Source: an uncultured Bacteroidota bacterium (GTDB lineage Bacteria; Bacteroidota; Bacteroidia; Bacteroidales; M50B96). From it: DNA of 64,000 nt. The position numbers were made by a program, and so were the translations under genes. This document shows positions 31,242 through 39,657 of this stretch, piece after piece. Below the pieces are notes generated by a model, which was not told the origin of the DNA, did no database searches, and saw only the letters and a program-made list of their open reading frames with translations. Each line of letters opens with the position of its first letter. The stretch's first letter is position 1. The stretch is from NCBI GenBank assembly GCA_937954085.1, contig CALGAK010000025.1, forward strand, positions 9,317 through 73,316, in the 5' to 3' direction.

Positions 31242-32348
31242 ATGAACGAGCCACTGAAAACCTTAGCAACATTTATTTTTTCCCTACGCGCTTATATGAC
31301 CAAAGCCAGACTCGAGTCTGAAGGAATTGAAGTATTCCTTATGAATGAAAATTTCCGGTATGGTGCTCATGTTAACATCGAAGAGGGAATTCAACTCAAA
31401 GTTAAAGAATCCGATTATCCTCGTGCCTTCAAAATCCTACAAGAGATTAGTCCGAATTTCCTACAGGGCAAGGAAGAACGCAGGCCGAAAGTAGAGAAAA
31501 TCCTGGTGCCGGTAGATTTTTCGCCAGTTAGTTTTAAATCGTGCTTATTTGCTATCGACTTGGCAAAACGATTCAATGCCTCCATTACCATGTTCCATGT
31601 TTACTACCTCCCATCGATCGATGCCGTTCTGGTAAATGAATCGGCACTCTATAATTTATCCATTTCCGAGCAAATGAATAATATTCAGAAGAATGCCGAA
31701 AGAAAGATGAACGATCTCATCGAGGCCATTAATCTTCAAGGAGATAAAGGTGTGAAGGTAAACTTTCAGTTTGCCAAAGGCTTTCCCGACGATGAGATTT
31801 TATCCTTTGTAGATAAAAACCGACCTGATTTGATCATCATGGGTAATTCAGCCCGACTAGGCAAAAGCAAAAAGTTATATGGCAGCATCACTTCGGAAGT
31901 AACTGAAAATGTAAAGATTCCAGTTATAGTCATTCCGGATGGGCACGAAGGAACCAGTCCTGAGAAAATTCATCGTGTTGCCTATGTGAGTAATTTCGAC
32001 AAAAGTGATATTCGACCGGTTCATAAACTGTTATACCTCTTAAGTCCTTTTAAAGTTCACCTAGAGTTGATCCATCTGAGTGAACGAGGCAGTGGGTTAA
32101 GCACAGAAGAGGAATACAATCGCTTAATAAAAGTAATAGAACAGGAGTTTAAAGGAGCGAACTTCCACCTTACCATTATTTCAGGAAGGGACACATTACT
32201 GCAGCTACAAGAATTTATTTATGAGCATGGCGTTGACTTATTGAGTATACAGGCGCAGAAAAGAAGCTTTTTTAGCCGACTTTTCCGAACCACCCTAAGC
32301 GACAAGTTGCTTTTCAATTCTAAAATTCCATTCCTAATTTATCATTAA
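31242..32348 (+). CDS. Universal stress protein with tandem Usp domains and an N-terminal DUF2007-like domain
   Basis: The N-terminal ~70 aa (…AYMTKARLESEGIEVFLMNEN…) resembles the DUF2007 putative signalling fold. Two UspA-like units follow (KILVPVDFSP… and …RVAYVSNFDKSD…). The start is the first ATG; the track uses TTG at 31233. Confidence 0.8.
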   Translation: MNEPLKTLATFIFSLRAYMTKARLESEGIEVFLMNENFRYGAHVNIEEGIQLKVKESDYPRAFKILQEISPNFLQGKEERRPKVEKILVPVDFSPVSFKSCLFAIDLAKRFNASITMFHVYYLPSIDAVLVNESALYNLSISEQMNNIQKNAERKMNDLIEAINLQGDKGVKVNFQFAKGFPDDEILSFVDKNRPDLIIMGNSARLGKSKKLYGSITSEVTENVKIPVIVIPDGHEGTSPEKIHRVAYVSNFDKSDIRPVHKLLYLLSPFKVHLELIHLSERGSGLSTEEEYNRLIKVIEQEFKGANFHLTIISGRDTLLQLQEFIYEHGVDLLSIQAQKRSFFSRLFRTTLSDKLLFNSKIPFLIYH

Positions 32349-33040
32349 CCAATTCGGCTTATTTCATTGAGAGCTGCAACATTGAGGACATCAATTGAAT
32401 CGCCGTTTACACGAATAATTTTATCGTCCTTGAACTGTTTTAAGATTCGAATGGCACTTTCCTTTGATAGAGCAGTCATATCGGCGAGCTCTTGGCGAGT
32501 AAGGGTCATTTTAAATGGGTTCTCCTGATAGATATCGTTCAAAAGATACAGTAGAGCATCGGCCACCCTTCCTGGCATTTGCTTTTGAGTGAGGCTGATA
32601 AACTTTTGGAAGTTATTCAGTGTATCGAGGTTAGAATTTTTATGTGCATCTACTGCGAAATCAGGATTTTCATTCATGACCTTTTTAAACACCCCCATTT
32701 CAATAAAGCATGCTTTAGAATCTTCGACTGCTCTCACTGTAAAATGATGTTTGAAGTCGGTGTATAATCCTGGCCCTCCCACAAACTCACCCGGTTTTAT
32801 GAGTTTTAAAATGATGTTACGATTATTAAACCCTTCGATATAAACCTTTGCAAGGCCGGAGGTAAACGACATGAGGTGCGTCATGGCTGTGCCCTGTTTA
32901 AAAATGATTTCACCGGCATAGTATCGAGCATCGTAGCGATGCTCATTGAACAGCTTTAACTCTTCTTTTGAAAGATTTGTAAAAACGGTCGATTTCTTAA
33001 TACAATCTAGGCAGTTACATGTAGTATTTACCATAAACAA
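32345..33040 (-). CDS. Crp/Fnr-family transcriptional regulator with FNR-like cysteine pattern
   Basis: A cNMP-binding-like beta-roll plus a C-terminal HTH (…LTRQELADMTALSKESAIRILKQF…). The N-terminal C8-x-C10-xx-C13 plus C111 resembles the 3+1 Cys ligand layout of FNR [4Fe-4S] sensors. Confidence 0.85.
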   Translation of the reverse strand: MFMVNTTCNCLDCIKKSTVFTNLSKEELKLFNEHRYDARYYAGEIIFKQGTAMTHLMSFTSGLAKVYIEGFNNRNIILKLIKPGEFVGGPGLYTDFKHHFTVRAVEDSKACFIEMGVFKKVMNENPDFAVDAHKNSNLDTLNNFQKFISLTQKQMPGRVADALLYLLNDIYQENPFKMTLTRQELADMTALSKESAIRILKQFKDDKIIRVNGDSIDVLNVAALNEISRIG

Positions 33041-33217
33041 TTATTTAATGTGCAAGATTACATGAATCTTGTATATCTAAAAAGCATCGAAACTCCCCTA
33101 AATATCTATATCTATGGACATTTCCATATCGAGCTCTTTACCCTCCAAGACGATGACAAAATACAATAATTTATTGATAAAAATAATTAAGGAGTTTGTT
33201 CTCTGACATTCGTTCGA

Positions 33218-33231
33218 TTGACTTAGGTCAA
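33218..33231. promoter_or_regulatory. Perfect FNR/CRP-type palindrome TTGAC-TTAG-GTCAA
   Basis: Extended perfect inverted repeat GATTGAC-TTAG-GTCAATC (33216-33233). It lies in the divergent region between the Crp/Fnr gene (-) and the first cytochrome gene (+). A TAnnTTTG -7-like box (TATTTTTG) sits at 33307-33314. Confidence 0.45.
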
Positions 33232-33349
33232 TCCTAAGCTGACATTTCTCATACGCCGCGTGAGTTATCTCATTAAGGTCAAACCCCCTATTCTTAGGCT
33301 ATTTGGTATTTTTGAGTCGCAACTTTAATCAATATTAAACTTTACGCTT

Positions 33350-33718
33350 ATGACAAGAAGAAAATCAACTTTACTTTGGACTTTGGCCTTGCTCTTGTTC
33401 GCAATCAGCTCTTGCGAGTACACCAACATTGAGCCCATCGAAGTAGTTTTACCCGATGAAAAAGTCTCCTTCAGCGAGGAAATTGCTCCCGTTTTAGCAT
33501 CCAAATGTGCCTCCTGCCACCAATCGGTTGCTCCTATTTTAAGTGCCGGTAACGAATACAACAATCTAATCAATGGTGGATACATTAACCTTGATGCACC
33601 CGCTGAAAGTATTCTTTACACGAAAACCTCTGGAGGTCATCCGGCAGGTAGCGGTTTAACAGCTACAGAACAAGCTATCATTCTTAAGTGGATTGAAGAA
33701 GGTGCTGAAAACAACTAA
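33350..33718 (+). CDS. Monohaem c-type cytochrome-domain lipoprotein (PSCyt1-like)
   Basis: Lipoprotein signal LLLFAISSC. It has a single CASCH haem-c motif in the context F-x-EEIAPVLASKCASCH, which resembles the 'IxPIL…CxxCH' Planctomycete-type cytochrome c domain. Confidence 0.65.
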   Translation: MTRRKSTLLWTLALLLFAISSCEYTNIEPIEVVLPDEKVSFSEEIAPVLASKCASCHQSVAPILSAGNEYNNLINGGYINLDAPAESILYTKTSGGHPAGSGLTATEQAIILKWIEEGAENN

Positions 33719-33751
33719 TCAAAATTGGTAAACACATTTAAGTAACAAACA

Positions 33752-34630
33752 ATGGGTACAATGAAGAAACTATTAACCTTACTAGTTATGGGGATATTGC
33801 TCGGAAGCAGTATGCTCACCTTTGCACAAGAGGAAAATGAAGAAAAAGATATGCGTCCGGTTCGTTTCGATTGGGCAACAACCATCCTTATCGATCACCA
33901 AACCGTGAAGAATCTTCCGCAAGGAACTTGGCAATACATGATTTACCACCGATTTGGTAAAATGGACAAAGGAATTTCCGATTTTTGGGGAATTTATGCT
34001 CCCTCCAACATTTCAATGGGAATCCACTATGGTATTACCAATAAGTTATCGGTAGGAATTAGTTCCGAGAAGAACAACAAACTTCAAAGCCTTAACTGGA
34101 AATACAATATCATTAACCAAACAAGGGGTGGAACCATTCCCGTGAGTGTTGCCTACGTCGGTAATATGAGCGTCGATACACGTCCTGATGAAGTTTTCGG
34201 TCAAAATTATGAACTAACCAACCGATTTTCCTACAACCACTCGCTTATCGTAGCCAGAAAATTCAATGATCGTTTAAGTTTACAAGCCGCTGTGGATTAC
34301 ACCCACTTTAATAGTGTGGAAGAACTCACTCGTCACGATGTTATTGCATGGCACTTAGGTGGTAGGTATCGTTTCATTGGAGAGAATTCAATTGTATTTG
34401 AGTACACAAGCCCGATGGACGTAAACCTAAACGGTTATTCAAACATTGATGAGTTCAATCCTCTTGCTGAACCAGGATTATCTTTCGGATGGGAATGGGG
34501 AACAAGTACTCACGCCTTCCAGTTCTTTGCCTCAACCTATGAGCACATTGTTGCACAAAAAAATATTGCCTTCAATAAAAATGAAATAGGCGACTTCTTA
34601 CTAGGATTCAATATCACTGTAAGATTCTAA
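33752..34630 (+). CDS. DUF5777-family beta-barrel protein (probable outer membrane)
   Basis: Signal peptide …SSMLTFAQ. It has the YHRFG…G…DFWG… and …HYGITNKLSVGISSE… pattern I associate with DUF5777, alternating beta-strand periodicity, and ends in …NITVRF (terminal aromatic). Confidence 0.7.
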   Translation: MGTMKKLLTLLVMGILLGSSMLTFAQEENEEKDMRPVRFDWATTILIDHQTVKNLPQGTWQYMIYHRFGKMDKGISDFWGIYAPSNISMGIHYGITNKLSVGISSEKNNKLQSLNWKYNIINQTRGGTIPVSVAYVGNMSVDTRPDEVFGQNYELTNRFSYNHSLIVARKFNDRLSLQAAVDYTHFNSVEELTRHDVIAWHLGGRYRFIGENSIVFEYTSPMDVNLNGYSNIDEFNPLAEPGLSFGWEWGTSTHAFQFFASTYEHIVAQKNIAFNKNEIGDFLLGFNITVRF

Positions 34631-34655
34631 ACCACCCGAAGGGGTGTTCATTTCA

Positions 34656-34690
34656 CCAATGGCAGTTTCTCAAAGCTGCCATTGGTTTTT
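34656..34690 (+). terminator. Terminator-like hairpin after the DUF5777 gene
   Basis: CCAATGGCAG-N10-CTGCCATTGG followed by TTTTT. A second small hairpin, CACCC-GAAG-GGGTG, lies just upstream. Confidence 0.5.
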
Positions 34691-34772
34691 AAACTAAGCT
34701 CAACAACTATTTATCATACCGAACTGAATTCCCGGACAAGAATTCAGAAACTAATTAACGAACCAAAAGCGA

Positions 34773-35747
34773 ATGAAAACACTAATTAATTTAAGCTTAT
34801 TAAGTTTGGTCGTTGCCCTTTTATGTTCAGCCAATATCCCGACTAACGATGAAATGGCAGTAGGCCAACCAAGCGAAGAGGTAATTGAAGCCAACAATTT
34901 GTGCTTCTCTTGCCACGGACAAAAACTCTTTACATACTATAATCCTGAACTCGACCGAGAGATAAAGGATAATATGTGTGACGAAAAAATTGTCAACGAA
35001 GAAAAATTCTACCTGAGTAATCACCGAACCTTCCAGTGTATTGGTTGCCATTCGGCCGATTATGAAAGCTTCCCCCACCCTGGCGAATTGCGGTTTGAAC
35101 AACAATATGCCTGCAACGACTGTCACGGTTACGACGATGATTGGGCTCATTTCAAATTCGATGAAATTGAAGAAGAGTTCATGAAATCCGTTCATTCCAC
35201 CAATCACGACGAAGCATTTACTTGCTGGATGTGTCACGACCCACACGAATATCATATCACCTATCGTAACGAAGAGAATCTGTTGAACACGATTGCCTAC
35301 GACAATGGTATTTGCCTCACCTGCCATGCCGATGTGAATCGTTACCAACTTTTAACCGATAAAGAAAAACCTAACGTAGATCAACAACACAGCTGGTTGC
35401 CCAACCAACAATTGCATTTTACTAAGGTTCGTTGCATCGAATGCCATGCAGAGCTTAACGACAATGTTCTAGTAGCTCATAATATTAGACCGAAAGAAGA
35501 AGCCGTAAAAAAATGTGTAGAATGTCATTCGAGCGATAGTCGATTAATGGCTTCTTTATACAGCCACACGGTTAAAACAGAACGTTGGTCGGGCGGATTT
35601 GTCAATGGAGAAATGGTTACGCAAGGTTTTGTTATTGGAGCTAACCGAAACAAATACCTGAACCAGGGCAGCTTGTATATCTTTCTGGGTACCTTAGCCA
35701 TTATCCTCATTCATTCAATTTTACGTGCAATTTATATTAAGAAATAA
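34773..35747 (+). CDS. Heptahaem c-type cytochrome with C-terminal membrane anchor
   Basis: Signal peptide plus seven CxxCH motifs (CFSCH, CIGCH, CNDCH, CWMCH, CLTCH, CIECH, CVECH). A C-terminal hydrophobic helix (LYIFLGTLAIILIHSILRAIY) is present. 324 aa. Confidence 0.85.
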   Translation: MKTLINLSLLSLVVALLCSANIPTNDEMAVGQPSEEVIEANNLCFSCHGQKLFTYYNPELDREIKDNMCDEKIVNEEKFYLSNHRTFQCIGCHSADYESFPHPGELRFEQQYACNDCHGYDDDWAHFKFDEIEEEFMKSVHSTNHDEAFTCWMCHDPHEYHITYRNEENLLNTIAYDNGICLTCHADVNRYQLLTDKEKPNVDQQHSWLPNQQLHFTKVRCIECHAELNDNVLVAHNIRPKEEAVKKCVECHSSDSRLMASLYSHTVKTERWSGGFVNGEMVTQGFVIGANRNKYLNQGSLYIFLGTLAIILIHSILRAIYIKK

Positions 35748-35748
35748 G

Positions 35749-36360
35749 ATGGGAACAAGAATTTATTTATATCCGGGTTGGTTAAGATTTTGGCATGCAA
35801 TTAATGCCCTGATGTGTTTGGTGCTGATAGTATCCGGACTTAGCATGCAGTACACCGATTTTGAACGCTACATTTTGGATTTCCAGTTAGCTGTTCAGCT
35901 ACACAATATTGCTGGTGTAATTCTATCCTTTAATTACTTCATTTTCCTCTTCGGGAACTTGTTTACACCCAATGGTCGCCAATACTTTTTATTTCGTCGC
36001 GGTGTTCTGAAAAACCTGTTTACACAGCTACACTATTATACCTTGGGAATCTTCAGAAAAGAAGCTACACCCTTCCCTATCACAACGGAAAATAAGTTCA
36101 ATCCTATTCAACGTACAGCCTACGTGTTGGTTGGATATGTTGCTACCATCATTGTTATCGTTACCGGATGGGCTTATCTATTTCCTGAAATCGTTCCAAA
36201 TACTATTGGGAATGTTAGTGGGCTTTTAATAAACGACCTAATTCATATCTCGATGGGGTATTTCATTTCGATCTTTCTGATCATTCATATTTACTTCATT
36301 ACGATTGGAAATACTAAGATGAAAAATTTCAAGAGCATGGTTACCGGTTGGCACGAGTAA
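35749..36360 (+). CDS. Membrane b-type cytochrome (PhsC / Ni-Fe-hydrogenase cytochrome b-like)
   Basis: Four TM helices carry conserved-looking His residues (RFWHAIN, QLHNIAG, LIHISMG, IIHIYF), consistent with two b haems. The ATG lies 2 nt after the heptahaem stop; the track ORF starts at 35725 in the overlap. Confidence 0.65.
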   Translation: MGTRIYLYPGWLRFWHAINALMCLVLIVSGLSMQYTDFERYILDFQLAVQLHNIAGVILSFNYFIFLFGNLFTPNGRQYFLFRRGVLKNLFTQLHYYTLGIFRKEATPFPITTENKFNPIQRTAYVLVGYVATIIVIVTGWAYLFPEIVPNTIGNVSGLLINDLIHISMGYFISIFLIIHIYFITIGNTKMKNFKSMVTGWHE

Positions 36361-36418
36361 GTGCCGATGCGTCCCTTTTGACTTTTTTCCATTACTCACT
36401 CAAACAAACAAACAAACT

Positions 36419-37387
36419 ATGACAGCGAAAAATGAAAGCCGCCGGAGCTTCCTGAAAGCCGGACTTTCGCTGAGTGCTGGCGCTGCTTTAGGCGCAGCTG
36501 CCCTCAGTGGAAGAGCCGATAGCATGGATGCTCCGTCTGAAAAAATTAAGTTGGTAACGGCCGATGGAAGAGTGATTGAGGTGGAGAAGTACGATTTATC
36601 GATCGACGACCGTAACCCGGCGAGCATTGAAAAGTCTCATTACGGACTACCCGGAAGGAAGTTTGTGATGGTCATTGACTTAGCAAAATGCAAAAATGCC
36701 AGGAAGTGTGTCGAAAAATGTCAAGAGGGACATTACTTACCAGAGGACCATGAGTGGTTGAATATTTATTTGCTGAAAGATAGTCCTGAAAGTGCACCCT
36801 ACTGGTTTCCGCGGCCCTGCTTTCAGTGCGATAATCCATTGTGCGTTAGTGTTTGCCCGGTAGGTGCAACCTTTAAACGAACCGATGGCATCGTTTTAGT
36901 CGATACCGACCGATGCATTGGATGCAAGTTTTGTATGACAGGATGTCCATATTCAGCGCGTGTTTTCCATTGGCATGAACCTGAAGTGGAGGTTCCCGAG
37001 GGTACCGTTTACAGTCCTGAAACGGCCTATCCTGCTGAAGAAGGAACAGTTGGGAAATGTGTTTTTTGTGCCGATTTACTGCGTAAGAACGAACTACCTC
37101 GCTGCGTTGTAGCTTGTCCGGAAGGGGTCATCTATTTTGGCGATTTGAATGAAGACACAGTGACTAATGGTGTGGAAACCATGGTTTTTAGCGAATTGAT
37201 AAAAAACCGATCCGGTTATCGATACCATGAAGATTTAGGAACACGCCCAAGTGTTTATTATCTACCTCCGGTAGACAGACTCTACGAGGTAGAGGAAGGT
37301 TTCTCCCTTCATGCTGAGAATCCTGAGATCCTAGAGCGATACAAGAACACTGAAACCTACAAAAAATACTTTGGCGATGGACATTAA
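36419..37387 (+). CDS. Tat-exported 4x[4Fe-4S] ferredoxin subunit (NrfC/PsrB/DsrO-like)
   Basis: Twin-arginine signal SRRSFLKAG. Cys clusters CKNARKCVEKC, CFQCDNPLCVSVCP, CIGCKFCMTGCP and CVFCADL…CVVACP. 322 aa. Confidence 0.85.
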   Translation: MTAKNESRRSFLKAGLSLSAGAALGAAALSGRADSMDAPSEKIKLVTADGRVIEVEKYDLSIDDRNPASIEKSHYGLPGRKFVMVIDLAKCKNARKCVEKCQEGHYLPEDHEWLNIYLLKDSPESAPYWFPRPCFQCDNPLCVSVCPVGATFKRTDGIVLVDTDRCIGCKFCMTGCPYSARVFHWHEPEVEVPEGTVYSPETAYPAEEGTVGKCVFCADLLRKNELPRCVVACPEGVIYFGDLNEDTVTNGVETMVFSELIKNRSGYRYHEDLGTRPSVYYLPPVDRLYEVEEGFSLHAENPEILERYKNTETYKKYFGDGH

Positions 37388-38708
37388 TAACACCCTTACC
37401 ATTGATGGAGCAATCAAGGAATTCGCTCCTCAAATAGAGAAAACCTCCCCACTAGGTTGGTCGTGGATTACTTTCCTGTCGGTTCTGGTCTTATTCGGGT
37501 TCTATGGATTATACACTCAAATAGCCGAAGGGCACATCGTTACCGGTATGCGCGACAATGTTGTATGGGGAATCTATATTGTTAACTTCATCTTCTTCAT
37601 GGGAGTTAGCTACGCTGGAGCACTCATTTCCGGAACCTTGCATCTCTTTCGATCCGAATGGAGAAAGCCCGTTATCCGGATGGCTGAGTGGATTACGATT
37701 ATTTCTCTTTTAATAGGCCCATTGTATATTCTTTTGTGTATCGGACGACTCGACAAATTGCATAATATAGCCTTGTTTGGTAGGATTCAATCGCCCATTA
37801 CATGGGACGTTATTGCAATCTCGACGGATATTGTAGGATGTATCATCTTCCTCTACATGGCTCTTTTACGCGATTTTGCTCACTTAAGAGATTATCCGGA
37901 ATTGAAAGTTCCCAAATGGAAAAAGAAACTCTATTATTATTTCGCTCTCAAGTACCATGATACCCCGGAACAACGGAAAAAATTAAACCGGACGGTCGAT
38001 ATCATGGCTGCGATGGTCATTGCGATTGCCATTATTGTGTACTCGGTACTTGCATGGATTTTCAGTGTTACCCTCCAACCAGGTTGGCACAGCACTATTT
38101 TTGGGCCCTATTTCGTAATTGCTGCTGTCTATTCTGGCACAGCTGTACTCATTGTGAGCATGTATTTATTCCGCAAGGTATACAAGTTAGAACATGTCAT
38201 AACCGAGCTTCATTTCAAGAACATGGGAATCATTCTCCTGGTGTTAGGAGCATTTTTTGGTTACTTCACCTTCTCTGAGTATCTCACGAAATGGTATGGA
38301 TCGCAAAAGAACGATGAATTACTAATCAGTATCTTATTCGACAAATATTATTGGGAATTTGTGATCTCAAATTATATTGGTGTTCTTTTACCTCTAATCA
38401 TTATAGGAATACCAAAGTTTAGGACCATTAAGTCTATTACATTTACCTCGTTGGTAGTGATATTAGCCTTGTGGCTAAATCGTTATCTTATTGTGGTTCC
38501 TACGCTTGAATCCCCTTATTTACCTATTCAAGACAGTCGCAGTGCATGGGTTGATTATGGCGGGACATGGGTCGAATGGTCGCTTACCCTGGGCGGGATA
38601 GCCGGTTTTTTGCTCTTATTTACTTTAGCGTCCAAGCTAGTTCCGATTGTGCAGCTTTCGGCTTTGGTCAAAAAAGATAAGTCGGAAGAGAATCGAAAAT
38701 CGGAGTAA
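37377..38708 (+). CDS. NrfD/PsrC-family polytopic quinone-interacting membrane subunit
   Basis: ~440 aa with about 10 TM helices. The N-terminal region …GHIVTGMRDNVVWGIYIVNFIFFMGVSYAGALISG is typical of NrfD-like proteins. The ATG overlaps the FeS gene stop by 11 nt, which suggests translational coupling. Confidence 0.8.
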   Translation: MDINNTLTIDGAIKEFAPQIEKTSPLGWSWITFLSVLVLFGFYGLYTQIAEGHIVTGMRDNVVWGIYIVNFIFFMGVSYAGALISGTLHLFRSEWRKPVIRMAEWITIISLLIGPLYILLCIGRLDKLHNIALFGRIQSPITWDVIAISTDIVGCIIFLYMALLRDFAHLRDYPELKVPKWKKKLYYYFALKYHDTPEQRKKLNRTVDIMAAMVIAIAIIVYSVLAWIFSVTLQPGWHSTIFGPYFVIAAVYSGTAVLIVSMYLFRKVYKLEHVITELHFKNMGIILLVLGAFFGYFTFSEYLTKWYGSQKNDELLISILFDKYYWEFVISNYIGVLLPLIIIGIPKFRTIKSITFTSLVVILALWLNRYLIVVPTLESPYLPIQDSRSAWVDYGGTWVEWSLTLGGIAGFLLLFTLASKLVPIVQLSALVKKDKSEENRKSE

Positions 38709-38740
38709 TTAGTTTTTTAATCAACTTAAGCCCAGGAACT

Positions 38741-39619
38741 ATGAAAACGAAAATATTTTTTATCATCGCCAGTTTACTCCTTCCATTTGGAATGAAGCTG
38801 GCTGCAAGCGAACCCTACTCGTTAAGCTTTTACCTTGAATATCGGAAGTTAGCCGAAGGTGAGCGAAAAATATCGGCAACGGCTAAGTATAAACCCGACC
38901 GATTCTGGGAGGTAATACAAGGGATGAAGGTAGAGTTCTATTACTTAAACGAAGAAGGAGATGAAGTCCTTTTGGCCGATGGTATAACCGACGAAAAAGG
39001 AACAGCCAGCATCCTTATTGATCCTGAATATCCTTTATATCGAAATGAGGAAGGGTTAATCGAATTTGTTGCAAGAACCGAAGAAACCGAAAAATATGAG
39101 CTTGCGGAGGAATGGCTCTCTATTCGAGATATATATCTAGAAATGAAGCTAATTGAAGATGGCGACGAACGAACCATTGAATTACATGCAGAAGTTTTAG
39201 ATGAAAACGGAGAGCTTGTCCCCTTATCCGACGAGGATATCTATTTTTCAGTCCCACGGATGTTTAGTAAACTTCCACTTGGAGAAGAAACGCTAGAAGA
39301 TGGCTTCTGTTCCATAACATTTCCAGCGAATATCGTTGGGAATGCTGAACGAGAAGTAACTATATTAGCGGAGATTTTTGAGCATTATGAATTTGGAACC
39401 GTTCAAGCGAGTAAGGTTTCCACTTGGGGAAAACTCGGTAGTCCTCACTTAATTGAACATCCTTCCCGGGAGCTTTGGACACCCGTTGCACCATTATGGA
39501 TGATTATCACCCTGATTGTGCTTTTGGTTGGAGTTTGGGGACATTATATTTACGCAATTGTGCAACTGGTTCTGATTCGGAAAGCAGGCACAAGATTTGA
39601 AAGAGAACAACAGGTTTAA
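38741..39619 (+). CDS. Hypothetical acidic periplasmic protein with C-terminal TM anchor
   Basis: Signal peptide, then a Glu/Asp-rich beta-rich body with Ig-like repeats (…KGTASILIDPEY…). It ends in a TM helix (LWMIITLIVLLVGVWGHYIYAIVQLVLI). I recognise no family. It is embedded in the cytochrome operon. Confidence 0.5.
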   Translation: MKTKIFFIIASLLLPFGMKLAASEPYSLSFYLEYRKLAEGERKISATAKYKPDRFWEVIQGMKVEFYYLNEEGDEVLLADGITDEKGTASILIDPEYPLYRNEEGLIEFVARTEETEKYELAEEWLSIRDIYLEMKLIEDGDERTIELHAEVLDENGELVPLSDEDIYFSVPRMFSKLPLGEETLEDGFCSITFPANIVGNAEREVTILAEIFEHYEFGTVQASKVSTWGKLGSPHLIEHPSRELWTPVAPLWMIITLIVLLVGVWGHYIYAIVQLVLIRKAGTRFEREQQV

Positions 39620-39657
39620 AACCGACTATTAATTATTAACACTTAAAACGAAAAACT

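Noticed and set aside
34827-35348. A 173-aa ORF antisense to the heptahaem cytochrome gene.
   Set aside because: It is a shadow ORF fully inside a gene with seven in-frame CxxCH motifs. Its translation is low-complexity and hydrophobic with no motifs.
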